From assembly GCA_000004985.1 (NCBI GenBank), contig GG738883.1: a stretch of DNA of 64,000 bases; one strand, given 5' to 3'. The notes under the pieces are model-generated. The model searched no databases, was not told the origin of the DNA, and saw only the letters and a list, made by a program, of their open reading frames with translations. The DNA comes from Naegleria gruberi (Eukaryota). Shown piece by piece: positions 19,883 to 30,071 of this stretch. Both the position numbers and the translations under genes were made by a program. Position 1 is the first letter of the stretch. Every line of letters starts with the position of its first letter.

Positions 19883-21757
19883 ATGCCAACAGTCCAACTT
19901 GAAGAAATTGAATTACAAGAATCAGGGCAAACCACTAGCACTCAAATAGTACAAAAGGTGGACGAAGTTGCTCTTCAATCAACATCCAATAATGTTGCCA
20001 CTTCCAATTTGCTCGCTGTTCATAATGATTATACTCAATTGTCTAGTGTTGGATCCTCTGTTGGATCGTCAGTGATGAAATTTCAACAACAGGAATCTGC
20101 TATCATCACTGCTGGAAAGGCAAACTCAACTACTGGTCTATCTGTTGGTGAATCAAGATCTGCCATTTCAAAGAGAACTGCCACATCTCTGAAAACATCA
20201 AAAACTAAAACATCCAGAACTTCTACCTCTGTTAGGTTGCGTACTTGTTGTGGTACAATTGAATTGAACTGTGTGAGATTAATATCCTTAATCGGTATGA
20301 TTGTTAATATTGTTGCATTCTTTGTCATTCTAGCAATGACCATCCAAACATTCGTAATTACTAGCGCTCCAGTTGTTGACATGTTGGTCAACTTTGGTGA
20401 TGTTCAAATTGCTTATCAAGAAACTACAAGTAGTGTCTACAAGGGAGTCATTTTACAAAGCAATGATACTGCCTTTTCATGGTATTCCAATAAGGATCGA
20501 TTGATAGATTCCTTAAACCAATTACTCACACTAGTTCCCGCAGGAACTGCCAATGGAATTCTGAATGGTTCCTCTGATGCACAATCTCTTCCAATCCTTG
20601 CCACTCACAAAGCAATCATTGATACTGTTGTCTACCTGGGTGATTACAATGCCAGCTCTGCAATGATGCAAAGGAACATGTCCAAATCGACAGAAAGATG
20701 GGACAGAGGAATGAAGTACTTTATGGAAACAGTTTCCAATTTGGCCCAAAGTCAATACAACAGTATCATTTCCTCCATGACAACCAATCTTGTGGTCATT
20801 AGTGTTTGTCTTGTGGTTGCAATTCCTGTATGCATTGGAATCTTTGTCATGACCATCAAGAGAGAAAGAGAACTCTCCGAAAAGTTGAAACATGCCAATA
20901 TTGTTCTGCTGATGAATACTATGGCTGATCCATTCTTTAGGGATTTGTTTGGTGATTATTGCAATTTACACAAACCTTCCACATATTCTCGTTTCAAGTT
21001 ACTAGAAAAGTTGCAACACATCAAGATGAGTATTAGAAAACTCATTACACTCTCATTGCATCGTGATGATGCCAATTCCAACTCGAGTTATGGCAATTTG
21101 GATTCACAAATATCATCATCAAGTTTAAGCTCCACCACAACAATAGGAGAAGGTGAAGAAGAAGTTTCCATCCGTAGAAAACTCTACAAACATTTGGTCG
21201 AATTGAATGATGAATTTGTTGAACCTCAGACTGTTGCTGCTTCCAAGAAGAAGAATTTGAATAATAATATTCATCTTGATGATTTCTTCAATATCAGACA
21301 CATGATAGAAGACTTTGAACCAATAACAACAACAAACAATCATCATGGAGGAAATGACAATAATCATAAAGAATCAACACCACTCACTCCTCACACTCCC
21401 TTCTTCCAATTCCAATCCTCTCTGCTGACTGCCTCTGTAGCTGGAAGCTCTGCAGGTTCTTCATTGTTGGGTGGAAGTACATTGCTGGGTGCTGGAAATC
21501 AACAGGCCGGAACAAGTAGTAGCAGCTTTGGAAGTGTTATGAATGGAGGTAATAACAATAGAAAGAAACAAACCAAGCTAGAGGTCTATTCAAATTTGGT
21601 GGATCAGGCTCAAGGCTATGTCGGTGAAGGTTTGTTGCCAATTCACGATAAGTTTAAAAAGCAATTACAATTCCCTGCCAATACTAGAAAGCTCATGTTG
21701 AAGAATTATCGAATCATGTTCAAACAAGAGTTGGAAACGCTGTTGCAAACAAAGTAA
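19883..21757 (+). CDS. Multi-pass membrane protein, divergently transcribed paralog of 17381-19462
   Basis: ATG verified. Aligns with the neighbour over the TMs and juxtamembrane region (NLVVISVCLVVAIPVCIGIFVMTIK...NTMADPFFRDLFGDYC versus SLVLLGLSILIVIPMVIVIFAISLK...DTMKDPAQRQRFQNYC). Starts are 420 bp apart. Confidence 0.7.
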   Translation: MPTVQLEEIELQESGQTTSTQIVQKVDEVALQSTSNNVATSNLLAVHNDYTQLSSVGSSVGSSVMKFQQQESAIITAGKANSTTGLSVGESRSAISKRTATSLKTSKTKTSRTSTSVRLRTCCGTIELNCVRLISLIGMIVNIVAFFVILAMTIQTFVITSAPVVDMLVNFGDVQIAYQETTSSVYKGVILQSNDTAFSWYSNKDRLIDSLNQLLTLVPAGTANGILNGSSDAQSLPILATHKAIIDTVVYLGDYNASSAMMQRNMSKSTERWDRGMKYFMETVSNLAQSQYNSIISSMTTNLVVISVCLVVAIPVCIGIFVMTIKRERELSEKLKHANIVLLMNTMADPFFRDLFGDYCNLHKPSTYSRFKLLEKLQHIKMSIRKLITLSLHRDDANSNSSYGNLDSQISSSSLSSTTTIGEGEEEVSIRRKLYKHLVELNDEFVEPQTVAASKKKNLNNNIHLDDFFNIRHMIEDFEPITTTNNHHGGNDNNHKESTPLTPHTPFFQFQSSLLTASVAGSSAGSSLLGGSTLLGAGNQQAGTSSSSFGSVMNGGNNNRKKQTKLEVYSNLVDQAQGYVGEGLLPIHDKFKKQLQFPANTRKLMLKNYRIMFKQELETLLQTK

Positions 21758-22030
21758 ATGTTGAAAGGTTTGATGATGAAGTATTTTTTTATTTTTGATA
21801 AATAAATTTTTAATTTCGTAACGGTAACTTATTTACAACACAGTAATATCCGTCCTCTGCTTGTAAACAACATTGATATCAAACAGTATTGATTAGTTGT
21901 TATGGAATTGCAGAGATAATGCGATATTAGACATGAAGATTCTCTGCAACTTGTTTGGAAGTTGGCATGAGGGCACTTGAAGGGCCATTCATTGTAGACA
22001 GTTGACCAAAACAAAACAATAAAAAACAAG

Positions 22031-23563
22031 ATGAGCAACAACACAAACTCTTCTTGTGGTGCCTTTCTCTTCACTTCTATATCTGTTGAAAGCAATCCAG
22101 AGCAGCTGGGAAACATCTGTCCAGATACCATCATCAATTATCTTGTGGCAGCAATCATCTTGACATTGGCATTATTCTTCTTCACATCAAGTCTTATCAT
22201 GCTAATCATTTATGGTTGGAAAAACAGACAAATGAAACAAAGTAAAATACAGACAGAGAGGTTGGCCTATGTTAGAGCAAGAAATCCAATCATCATGCTG
22301 GTTAATCTTTTCACTTCGGCTGGTATTGCAACATTTCACACTTTGCGATATCTGATTGGTAGAAAGATATTTCCATGCGGCTTGTTAAGTTTATCCTACT
22401 TTCTGATACCTCCTGTAATATTCCTTCCAACACTGTTAAGATCCTCACGAGCATTTAACATGGCAAGAATCAATTCTCTCATCACCAGTACAAGAAGAAG
22501 AAAGACACTCTCAATTGATAGTAATGGAAAGTCAATAATATTCGAACAAGCAATGCCAAACATTGCTTCTAATCCAACAACCATAGATGAAGAACTTGCA
22601 GATAGTAATACTAATTCTCCGAACAAACAATCAGAACAGCAACCACAACCAACAACACCTAGGAAAGTGGAATTTAAATTTGATATCAATGAACAACAAC
22701 AACAACAACAACCAACAACAGAGAATACCTTCTCAGATACTGAATCGGATGTTGGAAGTCTATATGATATTGAAACTTCTATTAGCAAATCCATAATTAA
22801 TCAGCTGAAAATTCTGAATATCCTAATTTCCAACAAATTCATATTCATCCTCTATTTTGCAGTGTTGAGCTGTCATGTACTATTGTGGTTAGTATTGGGT
22901 GGTATAGAAGAGGGAATCTATCAATCTAATCCATCACAATCAAGGATTTTTGCTGGTTTCCTCCACTTTACAAGTGGTTGTGTTGTGAATATTAATGGTG
23001 TGGTTGTAGTGATTTGTCAGGCAGTTCTCTACTTGATAGCTGAAATCATCTTGCTGATTTTGCACTTCATCTCTGAGAGGGATACTTACTACATTAAATT
23101 GGAAACATTCATAGTTGTTGGAATGCAAGTGGGAGTGACTCTGATATTTGGATTGAGTTATATTGGAGCCATCAATCGGTACACTGAATACTTCTATGCA
23201 GGTGGTAATATCATTGCTTCCTTTGCAGTTCTGGAATTGTTGGTGAGTAATTTCCTTCCTCTCGTCCTCTCCTATTATAATGATAGTAGAATTGTTTCGT
23301 CGAGGAAATCCACTGCTGCTGCATCAGAAACAATAAGGAGAATGACAATGGATGATACTCAACCACAACAAACATCACCTATTGCTGCTGATGATGAGGA
23401 GAATCAAATAGGAGGAATTTCTGATAATAAGGCAGAAGATAGAGGAAGTTTATATGGAATTTTGGATGCTGCTTCCACTTCTGCTATTCTCATCTTGTTG
23501 AGACACAAAAAGTATAGTGAGCAATTCTTATTGTATGCTCAGAGAAGTTATTGTCCTGAGAAT
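22031..23563 (+). CDS. 7-TM receptor-like protein with C-terminal RGS domain, exon 1 (7TM body, Q/N-rich loop, start of RGS)
   Basis: ATG verified. Seven hydrophobic segments. Exon ends ...SEQFLLYAQRSYCPEN|gtatgt (phase 0). Confidence 0.7.
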
Positions 23564-23680
23564 GTATGTTTTTGTTATTAATTCAATATTTACACTATTA
23601 ATTATAATAATCCATCTAAATATTAATAATATATAAATTCCGATACTGATAATGATAATAATGATGAAAATACTAAATAG

Positions 23681-24013
23681 ATACTTTGTTGGAGAGATAT
23701 CGAAGCCTACAAGAAAGTAAAGAAAGATGCAAGTAGGAGAAGAATTGGGCAATTCATCTTGGGAACCTACTTAATTCATCACTCACCATTAGAATTGAAT
23801 ATTAGCAAAGAGGATAAGAGGGTTCAAGAGATTGAACAAGTGCTGACGAACAAATCGCTTCCTCTCCGTGCCGATCTCTTCGATTTCCTCCAACTTCATT
23901 GTCTACTCAACATGTTGGATATTTTCGAGCGCTTAAAATCTAGTAATAAGGAAATTAGAGAGTATTTGAAAGGAAGTAAGGCAGCAACCCCCTCGACGGG
24001 TAATTTAAATTAA
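23681..24013 (+). CDS. 7TM-RGS protein, exon 2 (remainder of RGS domain)
   Basis: Acceptor ...aatactaaatag at 23680; in-frame. ILCWRDIEAYKKVKKDASRRRIGQFILGTYLIHHSPLELNISKEDKRVQEIEQVL...MLDIFERLKSSNKEIREYL matches the RGS consensus (EN.l.FW..ve.yKk ... a..Iy..fi...ap..vNid...r ... F...q..i...m..D.y.RFlkS..y..l). Confidence 0.7.
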   Translation: MLCWRDIEAYKKVKKDASRRRIGQFILGTYLIHHSPLELNISKEDKRVQEIEQVLTNKSLPLRADLFDFLQLHCLLNMLDIFERLKSSNKEIREYLKGSKAATPSTGNLN

Positions 24014-24467
24014 GCTCTCTCATGTAAATGGATGATTGGAGAAGATTTGGCTGTTTTTATTTTGAATTTTTAAATTGTTTAAAATGTTGTGAGTAAAGCA
24101 TTACAAGAATTTTGATTGAAATATTTGCTTATTGTTCTTGTTTTTGTAAATGATTAAATTTTTGTCAGCAGAAAATAGTAATATAAAATTGCCAATCAAG
24201 ACGCGACACCAGACATCTTCTCTCATAAAAAATCACTCTTGTCAAGTAAGGAGATTAGTATGAATTATTCCTTGATGAACTTTCAACAAATTCCAACGCA
24301 AACATTCTATCATCAATATGCAAAACATGCCTTTTGGGATCTTACAAAGCATAGATTCGTCCACATTACCCCACACACTTGCCATTCTAACATCCCTCAC
24401 TATCTGATTCACCCAACAAACTCAAAAAAACAAATCATCTTGTTTATATATTGTAACACACAAAAGC

Positions 24468-25088
24468 ATGACATTGGAAATTGTTTACTTTGGTATGGCA
24501 GGTCGTGGTGAAGTCTTGAAATTGATTGCTGAAGCAGGTCAGGTAGAATATGTTTTCACACCTGTTAAGTATGAAAATTGGTCGAGTTTGAAACCAAGTA
24601 CTAGATATGGTCAACTTCCAATGTTGAAGATTAATCAAGATGTTACTCTCTATCAAACTATTTCAATAGCTAGATATTTGGCTCAAGAAGGTGGCTTGTA
24701 TCCATCAGATCGAATTGAGGCAAGTTTATCTGAAGAATATGTTGCAGCTGTTGATGAGATTATCGCTGGATTTGTGACAGTTTTCTTTAAAACTCCTGAA
24801 GAAAAGAGACCTGAAGCATTGAAGAGTTTTAGTGAAGGCGTATTAAAGACAATTCTCAATGCCTTGGATAAGGTATTGGAAAAGAACGGAGATTACCATT
24901 TGATTAAGGGAAAGCTCACTTGGGCTGATTTGTTTCTCTTTGATATTGTTGGAAATTTGAGAATGAGAGGAATTGATATTTCATTTGCTTCTAATGTTGC
25001 CAAAATGATTGACAATATTAAGGAAAATAATGAAAGAATTAAATCATTCTTGGAGAGTGATAGAAATTTGAGAAAACCAACTCAATAA
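24468..25088 (+). CDS. Glutathione S-transferase (sigma/alpha-like, thioredoxin-like N-domain plus helical C-domain)
   Basis: ATG verified. YFGMAGRGEVLKLIAEAGQVEY...YGQLPMLKINQDVTLYQTISIARYLA is the canonical GST N-domain G-site pattern. 206 aa. Confidence 0.85.
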   Translation: MTLEIVYFGMAGRGEVLKLIAEAGQVEYVFTPVKYENWSSLKPSTRYGQLPMLKINQDVTLYQTISIARYLAQEGGLYPSDRIEASLSEEYVAAVDEIIAGFVTVFFKTPEEKRPEALKSFSEGVLKTILNALDKVLEKNGDYHLIKGKLTWADLFLFDIVGNLRMRGIDISFASNVAKMIDNIKENNERIKSFLESDRNLRKPTQ

Positions 25089-25164
25089 ATCACAAATTAA
25101 CCAATGATTGAATAATTATTTCTACACATTGAATTCTAATACAAGTGAAAGGTAAATGATAAAT

Positions 25165-28023
25165 TTATTGAACAACAAAAGTCATCTTTTGAACATTACC
25201 AGTTGCAGAACTCTTCATCTTTTCAATAACTTCTTCCTTAATCTTTTCTCTTTCCAATACTTGATAAGAAATGATACCAAAGAATTTACCTAAAGTATTT
25301 CCGTTACCAGTCAAGATACCCTTATGCATGGCCTTGATGTTATCACCAGCATAGGTGGCGACAATATATTTGAAGAGAGTAATTCCTCCACTTTCCTTAC
25401 ATCTTACTCTGAAAATAATGTGGAACATGCTGTCATCAGTCAACTCTGGCATGAATTCCTTGAAACGAAGTCCCTTCTTGTAGAAGAGCATCTTGTTATT
25501 AATCTTTCCATCCTTATAATAGAGAACAATGTAGCTGGACTTCTTTTGACTGTGATTATGGAGCTTTTCATATTCTGAGAGGTCTGTATCACCATCATCA
25601 ACATCCATATCCAAATTATCCATTGAATCATCAAATCCAAGTAATTCTTCACCTCTCAACATGTCAAATACTGAAAGGACATTGTAATCGACGTTAATTC
25701 CTTCAAATGATTGATAACGAGTACCAGATTCATCTTCTGTTGCAGTTGACTTGGAAAGGAGATCTTGCATGACCTTACTCATTTGAGAAAGTTCTGCATT
25801 TTTCTTTTCCTCTTCCTCTTTAGCTCTTCTACGTTCTTCCTCTTCCAATTCTGCCTTTCTTCTACGTTCTTCTTCCTCAATTTGGGCTTTTCTCTTTCTT
25901 TCGTCTTCTTCGAGTTGAGCTTTTCTTTTACGTTCGTCTTCTTCTAATTGTGCCTTTCTCTTTCTTTCATCTTCCTCTAATTGGGCTTTTCTCAAACGAT
26001 CTTCTTCTTCCTTCTTCTTCCTGTCTTCTTCATCCTTCTTACGTCTGGCTTCCTCTTCTTGTCTTTTCTTTTCTTCTTGTTCTCTCCTCATCTTTTCTTC
26101 CAATTCTCTACGTTTACGTTCTTCTTCTTCCTTCTTGGCCAATTCAAGTTGAGAATTGTTGAGAGAGTTAATGAGATTTTGAATTTGATCTTCTAAATGT
26201 TTGACCTTTTCCTTGAGTTCATTAACTTGCTTTTCATTTTGATCTTTGGCAAGTGACAAATCAGTGAGGTTCTTCTTTTCCAATTCAGAAAACTTTTCAG
26301 TAATTTGCTTTTTCAATTCTTGATGAGAATATCTCAACTTGTCTTCAATAGTTGAGCAAACAGTACATTGAACCATTAATTCTTGATCTCCTGAATTGAC
26401 AACTGAATTATTGACATCCTTATTCTTTGGTTCAGTTGGAACAATCCAATAAGCAGAATCCTCAAAGGTCTTTTCAGGACTCATCACAAAAAGCCACTTG
26501 TTATAGACGAATCCATGCAAGAAACCACCAGCAATTGATGTCACAACTGTAATACAGAGAGCACAGATTTGGAATCCCCACAAATTAGTATACTTGGATC
26601 CAAACATTGTCTTGGTATCATCGCCATAGATTTTTACCTTTGCTGCATTGTCAATGGCATTACCTGTGGCTACAATGCTAACCAAACCACCATACACACC
26701 AATCAATAAATGGGTTGAGAATACATTGGAAGTGTCGTAAATTCTCAAATGTTTGATGAGTGGTTGTAAGACACACAAACCCAATCCAGTCAATGCACCA
26801 GCAACAAGACCAATGGTTAAGGCACCTCCTGGTGAAACAATGACTGATTGAACGGAGGCCATTGAGATACCACCAACGATGGCTCCTCTCTGTAAATCTC
26901 TCATTGAGAATCTTCCTCTCAGCAAACGCATAACCACGAAATGGATAACACAACTTGCAGCCATAGCAATGAATGTGGTCATTTGAGCTCTGTATTGATA
27001 TTGAGCATTGGAAATCAAAGCAGCATTGAAAGATGGCATCAACACCCACAATAAAACAGTTCCAATAATTGCAATCATGTCAGATGCCTTACTATGATGA
27101 TTTTCAAATACCTTACTTTGGAAAACCGATGGTTTGTACAATGACCAAGAAGCTGCCAATCCATAACAAGCACCAAATACATGAATAAACATGGAACCAC
27201 CATAATCAATAGCTCCCAATACCAAAATAATACAGAAATAATTCACACTATAAATGAAAACCTCTGAAAATGCCATTAAAATCAATTGAACTGGACTTGT
27301 TTTTCCAATCACACAACTTGTACTAATCAAAACAGCAAAAGCTCCATAAAAACCATGAACCAACCACTTCATATCCAAATAAATAACCGTATTAAATACA
27401 GTTTCATTCTTGGCATCTTTCAAAGTTGCATATTCCATAATCTTTGACCAAAATCCTTGAGCAATTATTGAGAATTGAAAACTCAAAGCTGCCAATAAAA
27501 TTGTCATTCCAATCGTGTGATATTGAGCATTCTTAATGCAACTCATTGAAAGTCCTAATCCTAATAATGTCATCATGGCAACATCAATCAAATTCTTGTA
27601 ATCACCAATTTGTGAGCTAGTGGAAGATGTTGGAAATTCAAAGAAAATCCAAAACATGCTCACATAGAATAATTCGAATAGAACAAGATAGAAAACGAAT
27701 GAAAATTTTTCAATATCGTATTCTCTACTAGCTATCCATTCGGTAACTTTTTCCTTCACGGTCTTTTCTTCTTGTGGTTTCTTCTCCAAATCAAAATTAA
27801 AATTACTACTCGATTCTAATTGAATAGTCGATTCTCCTCCACCTTCTTTCTTCTTCATAGACGCTGTCAACCCTTTAATTTTCTTCACACCATAATAAAT
27901 AAAACATCCGATCAAGTAAATAAAGTAAACGATTAGAAAAACGCTGGAAATTACAATTCCAGAAATGTAACGGTTCTTGTTGGTGGCAAGAGTCTCGGCG
28001 ATTGTGCTGTTGGTAGAGTTCAT
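25165..28023 (-). CDS. Rh50-type (Rhesus/Amt superfamily) ammonium transporter fused to a long E/K/R-rich helical segment and a C-terminal globular domain (952 aa)
   Basis: ATG verified. 11-12 TM. Rh-family signature DYGGSMFIHVFGACYGLAASW. Residues ~600-720 are KEEEERKRRELEEKMRREQEEKKRQEEEARRKKDEEDRKKKEEEDRLRKAQLEEDERKRKAQLEEDERKRKAQLEEDERKRKAQIEEEERRRKAELEEEERRR (encoded by 33-bp tandem repeats around 25800-26000), then a ~200-aa tail. Confidence 0.85.
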   Translation of the reverse strand: MNSTNSTIAETLATNKNRYISGIVISSVFLIVYFIYLIGCFIYYGVKKIKGLTASMKKKEGGGESTIQLESSSNFNFDLEKKPQEEKTVKEKVTEWIASREYDIEKFSFVFYLVLFELFYVSMFWIFFEFPTSSTSSQIGDYKNLIDVAMMTLLGLGLSMSCIKNAQYHTIGMTILLAALSFQFSIIAQGFWSKIMEYATLKDAKNETVFNTVIYLDMKWLVHGFYGAFAVLISTSCVIGKTSPVQLILMAFSEVFIYSVNYFCIILVLGAIDYGGSMFIHVFGACYGLAASWSLYKPSVFQSKVFENHHSKASDMIAIIGTVLLWVLMPSFNAALISNAQYQYRAQMTTFIAMAASCVIHFVVMRLLRGRFSMRDLQRGAIVGGISMASVQSVIVSPGGALTIGLVAGALTGLGLCVLQPLIKHLRIYDTSNVFSTHLLIGVYGGLVSIVATGNAIDNAAKVKIYGDDTKTMFGSKYTNLWGFQICALCITVVTSIAGGFLHGFVYNKWLFVMSPEKTFEDSAYWIVPTEPKNKDVNNSVVNSGDQELMVQCTVCSTIEDKLRYSHQELKKQITEKFSELEKKNLTDLSLAKDQNEKQVNELKEKVKHLEDQIQNLINSLNNSQLELAKKEEEERKRRELEEKMRREQEEKKRQEEEARRKKDEEDRKKKEEEDRLRKAQLEEDERKRKAQLEEDERKRKAQLEEDERKRKAQIEEEERRRKAELEEEERRRAKEEEEKKNAELSQMSKVMQDLLSKSTATEDESGTRYQSFEGINVDYNVLSVFDMLRGEELLGFDDSMDNLDMDVDDGDTDLSEYEKLHNHSQKKSSYIVLYYKDGKINNKMLFYKKGLRFKEFMPELTDDSMFHIIFRVRCKESGGITLFKYIVATYAGDNIKAMHKGILTGNGNTLGKFFGIISYQVLEREKIKEEVIEKMKSSATGNVQKMTFVVQ

Positions 28024-28434
28024 CTCAAGTTAGTTGTTATTGGTACGGTAAAATGATTGATGAAAATGCCAAAGACAAGTTTCGTATTTTTTTTGTGGTT
28101 TCGAAAAGTTTCTTGTTTGTGAAAGAGGATTTTATTCACGTCTTCATATCAGCGGAGAAAGTTGACAATTTGGTTGTGGATTTGTCATTAGAGTCCATGT
28201 ATGGAAACATGTTTTATATTGAAGAAGAGAATATTAGAAAGACAATAGTTTACAACAAAGACTATTTCACTGAACTAGCCGAAGATAACGAAGGAAACAA
28301 GTCGAAACATTTGATTCCTTTTTTACTGAAGTGAAATTCAAAGTTGTATGAACTGAAATCCGAAACCAATTCGAAACTCACAACATCTACAGTTCAGTCT
28401 GAAACACAAATTCTTTTAAATTGAATTACAATTC

Positions 28435-29499
28435 TTATTTATCATCACTTGTTGGTTGTTCGTGGAAAATTTGTTCCATAAATGAATTGCAATCACTTTT
28501 GAGAGTTGCACAATCGATGAATCCTAGAGAATTAGTTTTGGCATTTGGTCCATTTTGAGAGAAATCATGGAGGTTGACATTGAGGCAACTTTGCATGTGA
28601 TCGATACAGAAACAGGACGAAACTGGGATGAATAAACTTTGCCATTGCCTTACGCATTGTTCTGTAGTTTGAGTTTCTAATAAGCATTCGATTAAATCAT
28701 CATGTTCCTCATCGTAGAATGTATGAATAAGTGTGGAAAGTCTGGTTTGATTTTTCCTTTTAGATAATTTCTTGTCGTATTTCAAACTTTCAAATCCTAA
28801 TGCTACATCATCCGATTCTTCATTTTCTGGTTTTTCTTCCTTCTTAGTTTCCAATAATTGAGAAGAAACATTCTCACTTGCTTCTCTATTTTGCATATTT
28901 TTCATTTCATCTTGCTTAATTCTATTCATAATTGTCAATTCTCTATAAAAGGTATTATACATTGAATTGGGTGTGTTCCATTCCCTAAATGATTTGGCAA
29001 ATTTTGAGAAACGAGCCATCGTATTGACATCATTTCTGAAACATTTCAAAACTTTGGTGTGAATTGCCTTAAACATTGAAAATTTAGCTGCCTTTGCACG
29101 CATCAATTTCGATTGAGTTAACATTAATTGAATTTCCTCAGCAGTTGGCAAGCACGACTGTTCCTCAGGTTTAATCTTTTCAGCTAATTGTTGTGTAACT
29201 GCAGCTAGTGTTGTTGGTTCTTCAACATTGACATGATTGGCAAGTGTCATTTTGGAAATAATTGTTTCAGTTTCATGTGAATTTCTCTTTTTTCGGAATC
29301 CTTGTTCTCTCGATTGTTCATCTTCCAAAGCTCGAAACGTTTCCGAAAGTTCACATGATTTCTTCAATGCCAACAAGACATCCTCAGGTACTTGTGATTG
29401 TAATATTAAATTATGATTTAAATACTTGTTGTTACATTGATAAACTGCTGATAGATAGGAAATTAATAATTTCTTAGATAAATTATCACTAGATGACAT
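28435..29499 (-). CDS. Hypothetical protein (354 aa), no recognised domain
   Basis: ATG verified. Long intact ORF with A-rich context. Confidence 0.5.
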   Translation of the reverse strand: MSSSDNLSKKLLISYLSAVYQCNNKYLNHNLILQSQVPEDVLLALKKSCELSETFRALEDEQSREQGFRKKRNSHETETIISKMTLANHVNVEEPTTLAAVTQQLAEKIKPEEQSCLPTAEEIQLMLTQSKLMRAKAAKFSMFKAIHTKVLKCFRNDVNTMARFSKFAKSFREWNTPNSMYNTFYRELTIMNRIKQDEMKNMQNREASENVSSQLLETKKEEKPENEESDDVALGFESLKYDKKLSKRKNQTRLSTLIHTFYDEEHDDLIECLLETQTTEQCVRQWQSLFIPVSSCFCIDHMQSCLNVNLHDFSQNGPNAKTNSLGFIDCATLKSDCNSFMEQIFHEQPTSDDK

Positions 29500-29823
29500 T
29501 CTATATGATGATGATGTTTAATATTTAGATGATGTTGATTACTATTGTGTTGTTGATGGAAATTATTTGCTATTAAAAATTAAATATTGATGCGGAGAAA
29601 TAATGATTATATTCAATCAATACTATCAATGATAACAATATTATTCCGATGGTTAAACTCTGTGATGATGCAACTAGGTTTCACACACTCAAAGAGTATT
29701 ATTGATTATTTGATGTTGTCGTAATTTTTTCCGAATGCTTTTTGATTGAATTACGGCTAAACATAAACACTTCCAAATAAACTTAGTTGGTTGAAACGAT
29801 TGATAACAACTATTTTGAAGACT

Positions 29824-29897
29824 AGAAATGGAAGCAGCGATAGATCAGTTGGTTAGATCGTAAGCCTAACACGCTTAAGGTCGCGGGTTCAAGCCCC
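29824..29897 (+). tRNA. tRNA-Val (anticodon AAC)
   Basis: Folded by hand: acceptor gcagcga/tcgctgt (G1:U72 wobble), D stem gatc/gatc with agttggtta loop, anticodon stem taagc/gctta, loop ctAACac, T arm gcggg-ttcaagc-cccgc. A and B boxes are present. The anticodon arm (gcctaacacgc) is identical to the animal Val-AAC arm. Confidence 0.85.
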
Positions 29898-30071
29898 GCT
29901 CGCTGTAAACTTATGCATTTTTACAAAAAGTACACAACATTATAAATATTAAATTACATTTTTGAATTAATCTAACAATAACTGATGTAATTTCCATTTG
30001 TGCAAATTTATTTTTTTTAAAATTTGATTTTGATTTAAATACATTTGAGGATCCTCTGCAATTTTTCAACA

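Noticed and set aside
25765-26196. Three overlapping plus-strand ORFs (F/L/S-rich)
   Set aside because: Antisense of the E/K/R repeat region of the Rh transporter gene. The repeats keep all frames open.
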